The notes under the pieces: model-generated
The model's input: only the letters and a program-made list of their open reading frames with translations
The model's database searches: none
Told to the model about the DNA's origin: nothing
Source: Fibrobacterales bacterium
GTDB lineage: Bacteria > Fibrobacterota > Fibrobacteria > Fibrobacterales > JAOPTW01
Direction of reading: 5' to 3'
DNA length: 64,000 bases
Assembly (NCBI GenBank): GCA_051532035.1
Contig: JAOPTW010000027.1
Coordinates: forward strand, 64,001-128,000
Made by a program: the position numbers and the translations under genes
Shown here: positions 18,575 to 27,717 of the stretch, in pieces
Layout: every line of letters starts with the position of its first letter
How positions within the stretch are numbered: position 1 is the first letter of the stretch

Positions 18575-21500
18575 TATCCCTTTGGTGGCGGTGATTTTTG
18601 GTCCATCGCCTGTAGATAATTATAGGCACGCGAGCCAAGTGCTCCCGATTTACCATCCCGATCGACAATTTTCTGATACATCTTACGAGCGCGACCTGGG
18701 TCGCCACTGCGCTCATAAATCTGCCCAATATCAAAAAGCGCAGTCAAAGCCCACATACCACTAGCAGCATAGAGATAATTCACTTTATAGTACTCTTTAA
18801 CTGCCTCTTCAACACTTCCAAGGCGGTCAAGAGTTTTCGCATACCAGTAGTGAGACTCTGCTATACGTTCCGACTCTGGGTTATCAAGTGCTCTCTTAAA
18901 AAGATCACGAGCTTTTACAAACTCCCGTGCGTTAAACCAACAAAAGCCGGCACTGACATAGAGTGCAGCATTATCAGCCTGTTTTTTAAAGTCCTTCATG
19001 AGAAGATCATACAGTTGCGCCGCTTGAGCCCATTGATTACTCTTCTCGTGTGCAATAGCGGCATTATAAGCTGCGCGATAGCGTGTTGCCTCAGAAACCC
19101 CACCACTCTTTAATACTCTTCGATAGAGATCTGATGCTCTAAGAAAGTTTTTCTGCTGATAATAACAGGTTGCCATTTTAAAGACAACATCAGACTTGCT
19201 TTGCCCCTCAGGGTAGTCAGTTACATACCCTTTAAATATATTGAGTGCCTTATTGAAATTTCCCTTCTTAAAAGCAAGTATGCCAAGGTAGTAGATCCCT
19301 TCACCAGCCCAAGTGGTCTCATCAAATTTTTCTGAAAGGTATTCAAACCTCTTCTGTGCTTTTTGAGCGTCATGACGATCCATAAATGCACGTCCCGTAT
19401 AGTAGATAATGCGAGCATGCCCTTCAGGGTCATTATCAAAACGATCTTTATATACTTTATATGTATTATGATAGTGCTCTTTCTTACCAAGCATCGCAAA
19501 GCAAGCTACTTGCCCCCCCATCGCTTGGGCGCTATCACGACTATTTTCTGCCGCAGCCAGTGCTTTCCCATAATACCCTTCCGCATCTTTAAATCTATCG
19601 ATCAATAGAGTCATCTCTGCAATATGAAAATAGAGATAGTCTTTTGATCCTTTTGGCGATGCTGCAATTGCCGCCAGAAGAGTCTCTACTGCAGCCTCTT
19701 TCTCTCCTGCAAATTTAAGAAGCTTCCCTTGTGCCTCAAGGGCATCAGCGATACGTGGATGCGTAGATAGCTGTGTTACAAATTGACTATAAATATCCGC
19801 GGCCTTCTTCCACTGATGTTCTTTTTCATGAAGGGTCGCAAGGGATTGATACGCATTATATATTGAATCACTATAAGTAAATCGTTCAATATACCCATTG
19901 TACGCTTTTTTTGCCGAGAGAAACTCCCCTTGCGCTTCATAGGCTCGCGCAATCTGTAGCTGCGACTGTTCTGCAGATGTCGTAGAGAAAAACCGATACT
20001 GCACCTGCTTAAATTGACGAATCGATTCACTATACTTTTTCTTTTTCATAAAGACAAGACCACGATAATAGAGCGCAGCTGACTCTATCTCTTTCGGGAG
20101 GTTCTTTTCTTGCAACAGTAATTTCAAAGTCGGCTCAGCCTTAGGAAAGGAATTGGTAAGATAGTATGCTTTTGAAACCCCAAGGAGCGCGGCTACTCTT
20201 AGTGCACCCTCACGATCCTCATTTAATATACGTTGAAAATACTCAACAGCTTTAAGAGCAATAGCACCGCCAAATGATTCTGCCTGTTTTAAGTATGAAT
20301 TACCCATTGCATAGAGCACATTGGGGATATAATTACTTTGATGATATCGGCTCACAAAATTTTGATACGCAGAGAGGTTAAACACTTCCATCTCTAACAA
20401 ATGATAGGCTGCGTCATCGGCATAACTACTGTTAGGAAATTCATTTTGAAGCGTTTCATAGGCCGTTCGCCCTTGATGTACTAGGTCAGGCACCACACTC
20501 GTTCTATTTTCATACCGGGCACGTTCTATGAGCAACTCATACATTTCGCCACTTTTTAACCAGGCATAGTCTCGTTTAGCGCCCTTTGGAAACTCATCAA
20601 TATAGCGTTGATAGCTCTTTAAGGCACGACGATATTCTTTTAAATCTTCTTCGAGAATTCGAGCCACATGAAGCGGCTTCTCTGAATAGTCTCCCCGTTC
20701 TAGCACAAGGAGAATGTGATTGAGTGCTTCATCTCTATCTTTTAATTTAAAGCGGCTCAAATAATTATAGTGCTTTTGAGCCTCCTTTGCTTCGATACTC
20801 GATGGGTAGTCCTCCATCAACTTTCGATACTCATAGGATGCCTCTTTTAACTTATCTTCACGTAGGTAACACCGTGCTGCACCAAGGGCTGCGTGAGGCG
20901 CCTCTGATGCTGATGGAAAATTTTGAATAAATTCTTCAAAAACACTAATAGCAACCTTATACCGAAGAAGCTTCTCTTCATATATCTCTGCGATCTTGAG
21001 GAGAAGCTCTTTTTTATCCAATTCCGATGCAATATCAACAGCACGATAGTACGACTGAACAGCATTTTGATACATCGCATCTTTTAAATAGGCATCACCC
21101 GCCATTCGATAGGCGCGCACCTGCCCCTCCGCACCCAGAGCTGTAAACAGAGCAATCCCTTCTCTCGGCTCACCTACGCCAATTAAAATTTTTGCCCGGA
21201 GGTATCGGAGCTCATTAAAAAAATAAGTATCGGTAAAGACAACCGTTTGAGCTATGGTATGTGCGATAGTAAAGTTTTTAGTTTCAACGAGTGCTGAAAG
21301 CAGATAGAACCGAGTACGCTCACTCAAAGCTGCAAGTGATTTTGAATCAAGAAATTCAATCAGTGTTTTAAACTGGTGTGACGTATAGAGAAAACCTGAG
21401 TACTCATTCATGAGCGCAAGACTGTCGGTAGAGTCTGCAACAGAGAGTAAGTTTTTATAGAGAACTGTCGCACTATCATTTTGAGAGAGCTTTGACCACG

Positions 21501-22131
21501 ATCGAGCCATCAGAAGCCATGCCCGCTTCTCATTCCGACGTTTCATTCCCAGTTTAAAAGAACGCTTAAACCACTGAATCGCATCACTCCATTCGGACTC
21601 CTTAAATGAGGTTCTTCCAAGTAATGCCATACAGAGCTGCCGCTCTTCTCCATTAGGGAACTGTTCGAGATATTGGCGCGTATACCCTTTTGTTGACTCA
21701 AAATCATTAGCTACAAAGGAGTAGTGTGCCGCCTTATACAGTGATCGCTGCCCCAGCACCTTTTTATTTCTCTGCGAGAATTTGTAAAAGAGGTCACTTG
21801 CAGCCCCTGGTTTATGCAACTTTGTAAGTACCTCTGCTCGTTCATACAGCACAGCACTTATCTCGGAATGCAGCGGATATGAAAGAAGAAAATCTTGATA
21901 GACTTGACTCGCTTTTTCATATTCAAAAAGTCGTGTGAGACTCCGAGCAAGTCCTATACGGGCCTCGGGCTCACTATCTTTTTCTGGATTATCAGAAAGA
22001 AAAGTTCTATAGTGTTCGGCAGCAGCACTATAGACTTCGTCTTTAAAATATTTGTGTGCAAGCACTAAATCTCGCGGCGTTGCAGACACCAATCCTACCC
22101 AAAGGAGCACTATAATTACACTTCTATTCAT
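18574..22131 (-). CDS. Large exported tetratricopeptide repeat protein
   Basis: Signal peptide; many A...Y..F...YP.S TPR units (BamD/CpoB-like). Confidence 0.88.
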   Translation of the reverse strand: MNRSVIIVLLWVGLVSATPRDLVLAHKYFKDEVYSAAAEHYRTFLSDNPEKDSEPEARIGLARSLTRLFEYEKASQVYQDFLLSYPLHSEISAVLYERAEVLTKLHKPGAASDLFYKFSQRNKKVLGQRSLYKAAHYSFVANDFESTKGYTRQYLEQFPNGEERQLCMALLGRTSFKESEWSDAIQWFKRSFKLGMKRRNEKRAWLLMARSWSKLSQNDSATVLYKNLLSVADSTDSLALMNEYSGFLYTSHQFKTLIEFLDSKSLAALSERTRFYLLSALVETKNFTIAHTIAQTVVFTDTYFFNELRYLRAKILIGVGEPREGIALFTALGAEGQVRAYRMAGDAYLKDAMYQNAVQSYYRAVDIASELDKKELLLKIAEIYEEKLLRYKVAISVFEEFIQNFPSASEAPHAALGAARCYLREDKLKEASYEYRKLMEDYPSSIEAKEAQKHYNYLSRFKLKDRDEALNHILLVLERGDYSEKPLHVARILEEDLKEYRRALKSYQRYIDEFPKGAKRDYAWLKSGEMYELLIERARYENRTSVVPDLVHQGRTAYETLQNEFPNSSYADDAAYHLLEMEVFNLSAYQNFVSRYHQSNYIPNVLYAMGNSYLKQAESFGGAIALKAVEYFQRILNEDREGALRVAALLGVSKAYYLTNSFPKAEPTLKLLLQEKNLPKEIESAALYYRGLVFMKKKKYSESIRQFKQVQYRFFSTTSAEQSQLQIARAYEAQGEFLSAKKAYNGYIERFTYSDSIYNAYQSLATLHEKEHQWKKAADIYSQFVTQLSTHPRIADALEAQGKLLKFAGEKEAAVETLLAAIAASPKGSKDYLYFHIAEMTLLIDRFKDAEGYYGKALAAAENSRDSAQAMGGQVACFAMLGKKEHYHNTYKVYKDRFDNDPEGHARIIYYTGRAFMDRHDAQKAQKRFEYLSEKFDETTWAGEGIYYLGILAFKKGNFNKALNIFKGYVTDYPEGQSKSDVVFKMATCYYQQKNFLRASDLYRRVLKSGGVSEATRYRAAYNAAIAHEKSNQWAQAAQLYDLLMKDFKKQADNAALYVSAGFCWFNAREFVKARDLFKRALDNPESERIAESHYWYAKTLDRLGSVEEAVKEYYKVNYLYAASGMWALTALFDIGQIYERSGDPGRARKMYQKIVDRDGKSGALGSRAYNYLQAMDQKSPPPKG

Positions 22132-22182
22132 ACCCTATCCTATTATATCATCTCTCATGCCTAATAAACCGACACGACACTA

Positions 22183-22530
22183 TTACCCCATGGCAGTGAC
22201 CATTTTTCTACCACCCAGTACATGAAGATGCAAATGATTCACTGCTTGACCACCATCACTTTTAGTATTCACAATCATACGAAAGCCATTTTCTTCAAGA
22301 CCCAGTTCTTTAGCTACCTTTTTCGCTACCAAAAAGAGTTTCCCAAGGAGTTCACTATCACACTCTTCAAAGTCAAAGATTGTTTCTTTATGTACTTTTG
22401 GAATCACTAAAAAGTGAATCGGTGCTTGAGGTGCAATATCTTTTATAGCAATGATAGACTCATCTTCATAATATTTCTCAGTTAACATATCATCACCCGA
22501 CAATTTGCAAAAGACACAATTATCTGCCAT
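22183..22530 (-). CDS. Histidine triad nucleotide-binding protein (HinT-like)
   Basis: CVFCK, DIAPQAPIHFLVIPK, GQAVNHLHLHVLGGR. Confidence 0.95.
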   Translation of the reverse strand: MADNCVFCKLSGDDMLTEKYYEDESIIAIKDIAPQAPIHFLVIPKVHKETIFDFEECDSELLGKLFLVAKKVAKELGLEENGFRMIVNTKSDGGQAVNHLHLHVLGGRKMVTAMG

Positions 22531-22691
22531 TTGAACCTCACTTAATATTTTCGATAGATTTAAAAGTAAAAAAATCCCCCTTATACGCCATAAATAGTGG
22601 AATATTGCCGATTTCTTTTGGTATAATTAGCTACGAGAGATGCATCATTTTGCAGTGTATTTACGAATGAGAGATTTATATAGGATTCATT

Positions 22692-23885
22692 ATGTCACAA
22701 AATATTGAAACACTCGAAACAGAAATTGAGACCCTCAAAGACGAGCTCCTCGTTGCGAAACGCGAATCACAAGAATCGCGAATAGCAAAAGAAAATTTTA
22801 TAGCAAATCTCAGTTACGAAATTAGAACCCCAATGAATAGTGTTCTCGGATTTTCTCACTTTCTTCTCGACACCGCTCTCGACCCTGAGCAGCAAGAAAA
22901 CATCGAAGATCTCTGTTCAGCCTCAAACCAACTCATTGATACTATAAACAACATCGTAGACCTCTCTAAAATGGAGGCCGGCGAACTCAAAATCGAATCT
23001 ACCGGTTTTAATCTTAAAAATATTATTGATCGCTGCTTTAAAGACATTGAACCTCTTCTTACCAAAACTAATATTAGCCTGCCCGAGCTTGACCTTTACT
23101 GGGAAGATTTTGAAAAACTTGATGGCGATCCCAATAGAATTAAACAGATCCTTATTAACGTTCTCACCACATCAGTTGAAAACACCAAATCTGCCGACAT
23201 TAGTTTTGACATTTCTATAGAAGAAGAGAACCAACAGGAAGTGACTCTCCGATTCGATGTATTTGACAACAAAACTATGCTCAATGAGAAGACCATTGAA
23301 GCGATGTTTTTAAAATTTAGTGACAATGACGTTACTGATCACTCCCTCCACACCTGCTCAGGCATTGGACTCTCTATTGCTGAGCATCTAGTCCACCTTA
23401 TGCATGGTGACATTGGAATTGAAACTTCTGAAGCTGGTACTTCTTACTGGTTTACCCTGACCTTCAAGCGTGTTGATTTCGCTGAAGCCTTAACAATTGG
23501 CGCTGCAACAATCAACAAAAATATTACTATTCTCATTGCTGAAGATAACTCTCTTAACCAAAAGATGATCACTCGTTTGCTCAATAAAGAGAACTTCAAT
23601 AACCTCATTATGGCAAATGATGGTAAAGAAGCCTTAGAAGCTTTACAATCCTCAGATGTTGATCTTATACTCATGGACATGCAGATGCCTGTTATGAACG
23701 GATTAGAGTCCACCGATGCTATACGTGGTCTTGAAGGTGATAAAGCAGGCATCCCTATTATCGCCCTTACCGCAAATGCAATGGAAAATGATATTAAAAA
23801 GTGCCTCAACGCCGGTATGAATGATCACTTAGCTAAACCCATAAATAAAGAAGACCTTCTTCAAAAAATAAAAAAATGGGTGTAG
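22692..23885 (+). CDS. Hybrid histidine kinase-like protein (degenerate kinase core plus receiver)
   Basis: H-box reads NLSYEIRTPMN; degenerate N and G1 boxes; intact REC (AEDN, MDMQMP, ALTAN, AKP). Confidence 0.85.
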   Translation: MSQNIETLETEIETLKDELLVAKRESQESRIAKENFIANLSYEIRTPMNSVLGFSHFLLDTALDPEQQENIEDLCSASNQLIDTINNIVDLSKMEAGELKIESTGFNLKNIIDRCFKDIEPLLTKTNISLPELDLYWEDFEKLDGDPNRIKQILINVLTTSVENTKSADISFDISIEEENQQEVTLRFDVFDNKTMLNEKTIEAMFLKFSDNDVTDHSLHTCSGIGLSIAEHLVHLMHGDIGIETSEAGTSYWFTLTFKRVDFAEALTIGAATINKNITILIAEDNSLNQKMITRLLNKENFNNLIMANDGKEALEALQSSDVDLILMDMQMPVMNGLESTDAIRGLEGDKAGIPIIALTANAMENDIKKCLNAGMNDHLAKPINKEDLLQKIKKWV

Positions 23886-23894
23886 TACTTTATT

Positions 23895-26000
23895 ATGTAT
23901 AAGTCTACTAAGTTTCGAGTTATTACCACATCGCTGATATTTTTCAGTAGTATTTTGGCTGTGTACATTATTGCATCTAATTTGCAGCAAGAGTATTCTT
24001 TTAAACAGATCCACTCCCTTAAGAGTGAGATGCAAGTTCTTAAAAACAACATTAACTCAGAAACTCACCTCAAAAAGACCATCTATAAGTCTCTCATTAA
24101 CGCACTTTCACACACTACAACGATCACCAATAAAGAGTTCCTTGACCATACTAATTTTTTGTTACAGGACCAATTCAATAGTGTGTCATCCATCTCGTAT
24201 ATCCTAAGTGATTCAATTCTTTTTTCAAACCACAACCCACTTTCCAAAAAAGAATTTATCCCACCTACCCTCTCCCAATTCTATGAACTCCGTTCAACAC
24301 GAGCACAACAATATGGAATTCCGATCTATACCACTGGTAAAGCAACCTACCTCTTTTATACATTACCCGTCCCCCAAGGTGGCTCACTCCTCATTATAAC
24401 CAATTTAACTGATATCATCGAACGTATCACTCCGCCCGATATAGCTCAGCATGCCTTTGGTACTCTCTACATTTGTGATTCCCTTGCACACCCCCTCATA
24501 CATGTGAGTGGTGACACGAATCATGTCACCTCTAATGCACTCTCTCTTATTATGAAAGGGTATCAGAGTCACTGGCTTGTCTTTATCTCTCCTAAATCTG
24601 GTTGGATATACAATAAGTCACTCTTCTCTTTTCATCCCTATATCTGGCCAATCGGGATTGTAATCACCCTATTACTTACTCTTATCTCTCACTATTACTT
24701 CTCACAGCTGCAAGCAAATGAGGCACGCACCCAAAGTATTAAAGAGTATCAGGAGTTAGTTGAAGGAGCAAACTCACTCATTCTTCGGCTTGACCCAGAA
24801 GGAACGATCACTTATATCAACTCCTTCTGCAGAAGGTTTCTTGGGTACAAAACCTATGAGCTTCTCCACAAAAAAGTATTTGATGTACTTAATAGTAGCG
24901 GTAAAAAGACCGGCTGGGATACCAAACAGTTTCTTGCACAATTAGTGCGTCACCATATCAACAACTCTATGCTCGAACTCGATAGTACCAAAAAGAGCGG
25001 TGAGCCTGTCTGTATTCTCTGGTCCATCAGAGTTATCCGCACCCCTGATGGTTCTATATCTGAGCTCCTCTTTGTAGGACAAGATCACACAGAGCGAAAG
25101 CAAGCAGAAAATGAATTAGAGTCCTATAGGAACAATCTTGAAGAGCTCGTTAAACATAGAACTCAAGAACTTGAATCAAGTAATAGGAAACTTAAAGGTG
25201 AAATTCAAGAACGCAGGCTCGCGGAAGCACGACTGATGAAAAGTGAGGAAGAACTCACTCTCGCAAAAGAGTATGCTGAAGTAGCCAACCTTGCAAAAAG
25301 TGAATTCCTCGCTAATATGTCCCATGAACTACGTACTCCCCTCAATGCCATAATCGGCTTTTCAGAAATGCTCAAAGATGGCTTTCTCAGTGGTCAGGAA
25401 GAGGAACAACAGAATATTTATAAACGGGTATTTGATAGTGGTACCCACCTTCTTTCTCTTATTAATAATATTCTCGATCTTTCTAAAATTGAGTCAGGAA
25501 AGATGCAGCTTGAAGCTGAAGAGACTGAAATCAATGATGTTCTCGAAGATAGCATACAAATAATCAAAGACAAAGCTCTTAATCATAGAATTACTATAAG
25601 CTTTGACATCCAGGCCAGTATGGGGATTCTCATACTCGATAGAACTAAAATCCGTCAAATTCTTTTCAACCTACTCTCTAATGCCGTTAAGTTCACCCCT
25701 GATCGCGGAGAGATAGAAGTCGGTGCTGCAATAGTTACGATTCCTGGCTCAGATATTACCGGAGATATCCTTAAAATTTGGGTGAAGGATTCAGGTATTG
25801 GCATACCTGAAAAAAGCATTAACGACCTATTTAAACCCTTTGAACAACTCGATAGCTCTCTTGCCAAACAGCACGAAGGAACTGGCTTGGGGCTCGTCAT
25901 TACCAAACGTATCGTTACGCTCCATGGCGGTGAAATTGAAGTTGAGTCCGAGAGTGGAAAGGGGAGTACTTTTACGGTACTTATCCCAGCGAAACGATAA
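23895..26000 (+). CDS. Membrane PAS-domain sensor histidine kinase
   Basis: Two TM segments, [41 protein letters not shown]. Confidence 0.93.
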   Translation: MYKSTKFRVITTSLIFFSSILAVYIIASNLQQEYSFKQIHSLKSEMQVLKNNINSETHLKKTIYKSLINALSHTTTITNKEFLDHTNFLLQDQFNSVSSISYILSDSILFSNHNPLSKKEFIPPTLSQFYELRSTRAQQYGIPIYTTGKATYLFYTLPVPQGGSLLIITNLTDIIERITPPDIAQHAFGTLYICDSLAHPLIHVSGDTNHVTSNALSLIMKGYQSHWLVFISPKSGWIYNKSLFSFHPYIWPIGIVITLLLTLISHYYFSQLQANEARTQSIKEYQELVEGANSLILRLDPEGTITYINSFCRRFLGYKTYELLHKKVFDVLNSSGKKTGWDTKQFLAQLVRHHINNSMLELDSTKKSGEPVCILWSIRVIRTPDGSISELLFVGQDHTERKQAENELESYRNNLEELVKHRTQELESSNRKLKGEIQERRLAEARLMKSEEELTLAKEYAEVANLAKSEFLANMSHELRTPLNAIIGFSEMLKDGFLSGQEEEQQNIYKRVFDSGTHLLSLINNILDLSKIESGKMQLEAEETEINDVLEDSIQIIKDKALNHRITISFDIQASMGILILDRTKIRQILFNLLSNAVKFTPDRGEIEVGAAIVTIPGSDITGDILKIWVKDSGIGIPEKSINDLFKPFEQLDSSLAKQHEGTGLGLVITKRIVTLHGGEIEVESESGKGSTFTVLIPAKR

Positions 26001-26005
26001 CTATG

Positions 26006-27598
26006 TTATTCAGCGCGCTTTAAGAATTTTGAAAGCACTTGGACAAAGCGAGTTTTATTAATAGGCTTCACGATAAAATCAGTGAAATCCATAATTTTCA
26101 TCTGCTTTTCTTTCGCAGAATAAGCAGAAACACCCACTATCGGAGTATCTTTAATCTCTTTTGTTTTACGTATTAATCGCGTCGCCTCTATACCGTCCAT
26201 AACCGGCATTTGAATATCCATCAATATAAGGTCAGGCTTCAACGCCTTAGCCTTCTCTACCCCTATTTTACCATTCATTGCGACCTCAATATCGAGACCC
26301 ATTTTTTTGAGCATTTTCTTAATGATCATCACGTTTATAGGCTGGTCTTCACATAAGAGTATTTTGCTCTCTGGAGCGAACTGTATGTCAGTCCAATTTG
26401 CATTTTTAGTAGGGTCAGCAGCGACAACAAAAGGTATAGAGAAAAGCAGTATACACTCTTGTGGGGTGGCATTTTTAATGATCACATCACCCTTCATTAA
26501 CTGCGCATATCGTTTTGCCAGGGGCAGACCAATACCAAGGCCTCTGAGTCCACTATTATCTTCAGAAGTCATATCTATTTTTGTATCAAACAGGCTGTTT
26601 ATTGTTTCAGGGCTTAGAACCGCCCCTTTGAAGTTTACGGTTATTTCAAGTTTCTCACGATGAGTATCCATACCCAGTTCAATCGCTCCCTTTCCTGTAA
26701 TTTCACTATATCCAAACTCCATGATGGCAAATATCACCTGTTTGAATTTAATTTTGTCCGTAACTATAGTATCATTCAACGCTTCATTTTTGTGATATGA
26801 GAAATCAAGTCCCTTCTCCGAAGCTTTAACCTTAAAAAGTGCAACCATTGAGCTCATTACCCCCGCAAGATCAAATGACTCAATCTCCTCATTAAGACTA
26901 CCATGCTCGATCTCTGAAAGGGTAATTATGTTATCAAGAATTTTCCCCAGGTTATGACTACTCACATTTACTGCTTGAAGTATCGATTCAAAGTCTTCAA
27001 AGTCTTTTTGTCGATACATTTCAAGAAGCATTGAAGAGAAGTTTATTATCACATTAAGAGGATTACGTACCTCATGAGATATATCAGAGAGTAATTCACT
27101 TTTTATTTTATACGCTTTTTCAATGACTTCTCGAGAATCGGATAAATTCTTATGCTTTTTAACGAGTTCATTGGTCCGTTCTTTAGAAAGTCGATCAATA
27201 TGGTCTTGATAAGATATTCTTTTTTTTCGCTGCTGGAGCATAACCGCATTCCGAACTACCGACATCAAATCGTATATATTGAGCGGTTTCCGTATAAAAT
27301 CAAACACCCCTCTCTGATAACCTGTTTTGGACGTATCCATACTGGTATCCCCTGTCATTATAATCACAGAGAATGAACTATCAAAAGTCAGATTAATTCG
27401 TTCTATAAACTCAAAACCACTTATTTTGGGCATGTTTAGGTCAAGCAAGATACAAAGGGGAGCATATTTTTCAAAGAGCTCAAGACCCTCTTCTGGCTTA
27501 GTTGTTGCATGAATAGTATAGTTTTCATCACTCAATGCCTCAACAACCAAGTCAAGACTTGACTGATCATCATCAATAACGAGTACACTATTTTTCAT
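26006..27598 (-). CDS. REC-HisKA-degenerate HATPase-REC hybrid signalling protein
   Basis: N- and C-terminal REC (LLDLNMP; LMDIQMP); SHEVRNPLN; N and G1 boxes degenerate. Confidence 0.85.
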   Translation of the reverse strand: MKNSVLVIDDDQSSLDLVVEALSDENYTIHATTKPEEGLELFEKYAPLCILLDLNMPKISGFEFIERINLTFDSSFSVIIMTGDTSMDTSKTGYQRGVFDFIRKPLNIYDLMSVVRNAVMLQQRKKRISYQDHIDRLSKERTNELVKKHKNLSDSREVIEKAYKIKSELLSDISHEVRNPLNVIINFSSMLLEMYRQKDFEDFESILQAVNVSSHNLGKILDNIITLSEIEHGSLNEEIESFDLAGVMSSMVALFKVKASEKGLDFSYHKNEALNDTIVTDKIKFKQVIFAIMEFGYSEITGKGAIELGMDTHREKLEITVNFKGAVLSPETINSLFDTKIDMTSEDNSGLRGLGIGLPLAKRYAQLMKGDVIIKNATPQECILLFSIPFVVAADPTKNANWTDIQFAPESKILLCEDQPINVMIIKKMLKKMGLDIEVAMNGKIGVEKAKALKPDLILMDIQMPVMDGIEATRLIRKTKEIKDTPIVGVSAYSAKEKQMKIMDFTDFIVKPINKTRFVQVLSKFLKRAE

Positions 27599-27664
27599 AT
27601 TAGTTATAGGCTAAAATGGTATGGAGTTATTATACCATTTTTCCTTCAACATGCCACAAAAAAC

Positions 27665-27702
27665 AAAAAAGGCTGCCTGAACTTAATCAGGCTGCCTTTT
27701 TT
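27665..27702 (-). terminator. Rho-independent terminator downstream of secDF
   Basis: aaaaaaggctgcctga-acttaa-tcaggctgcctttttt, near-perfect stem with A/T tails. Confidence 0.8.
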
Positions 27703-27717
27703 AATGTTTTTTTATGC

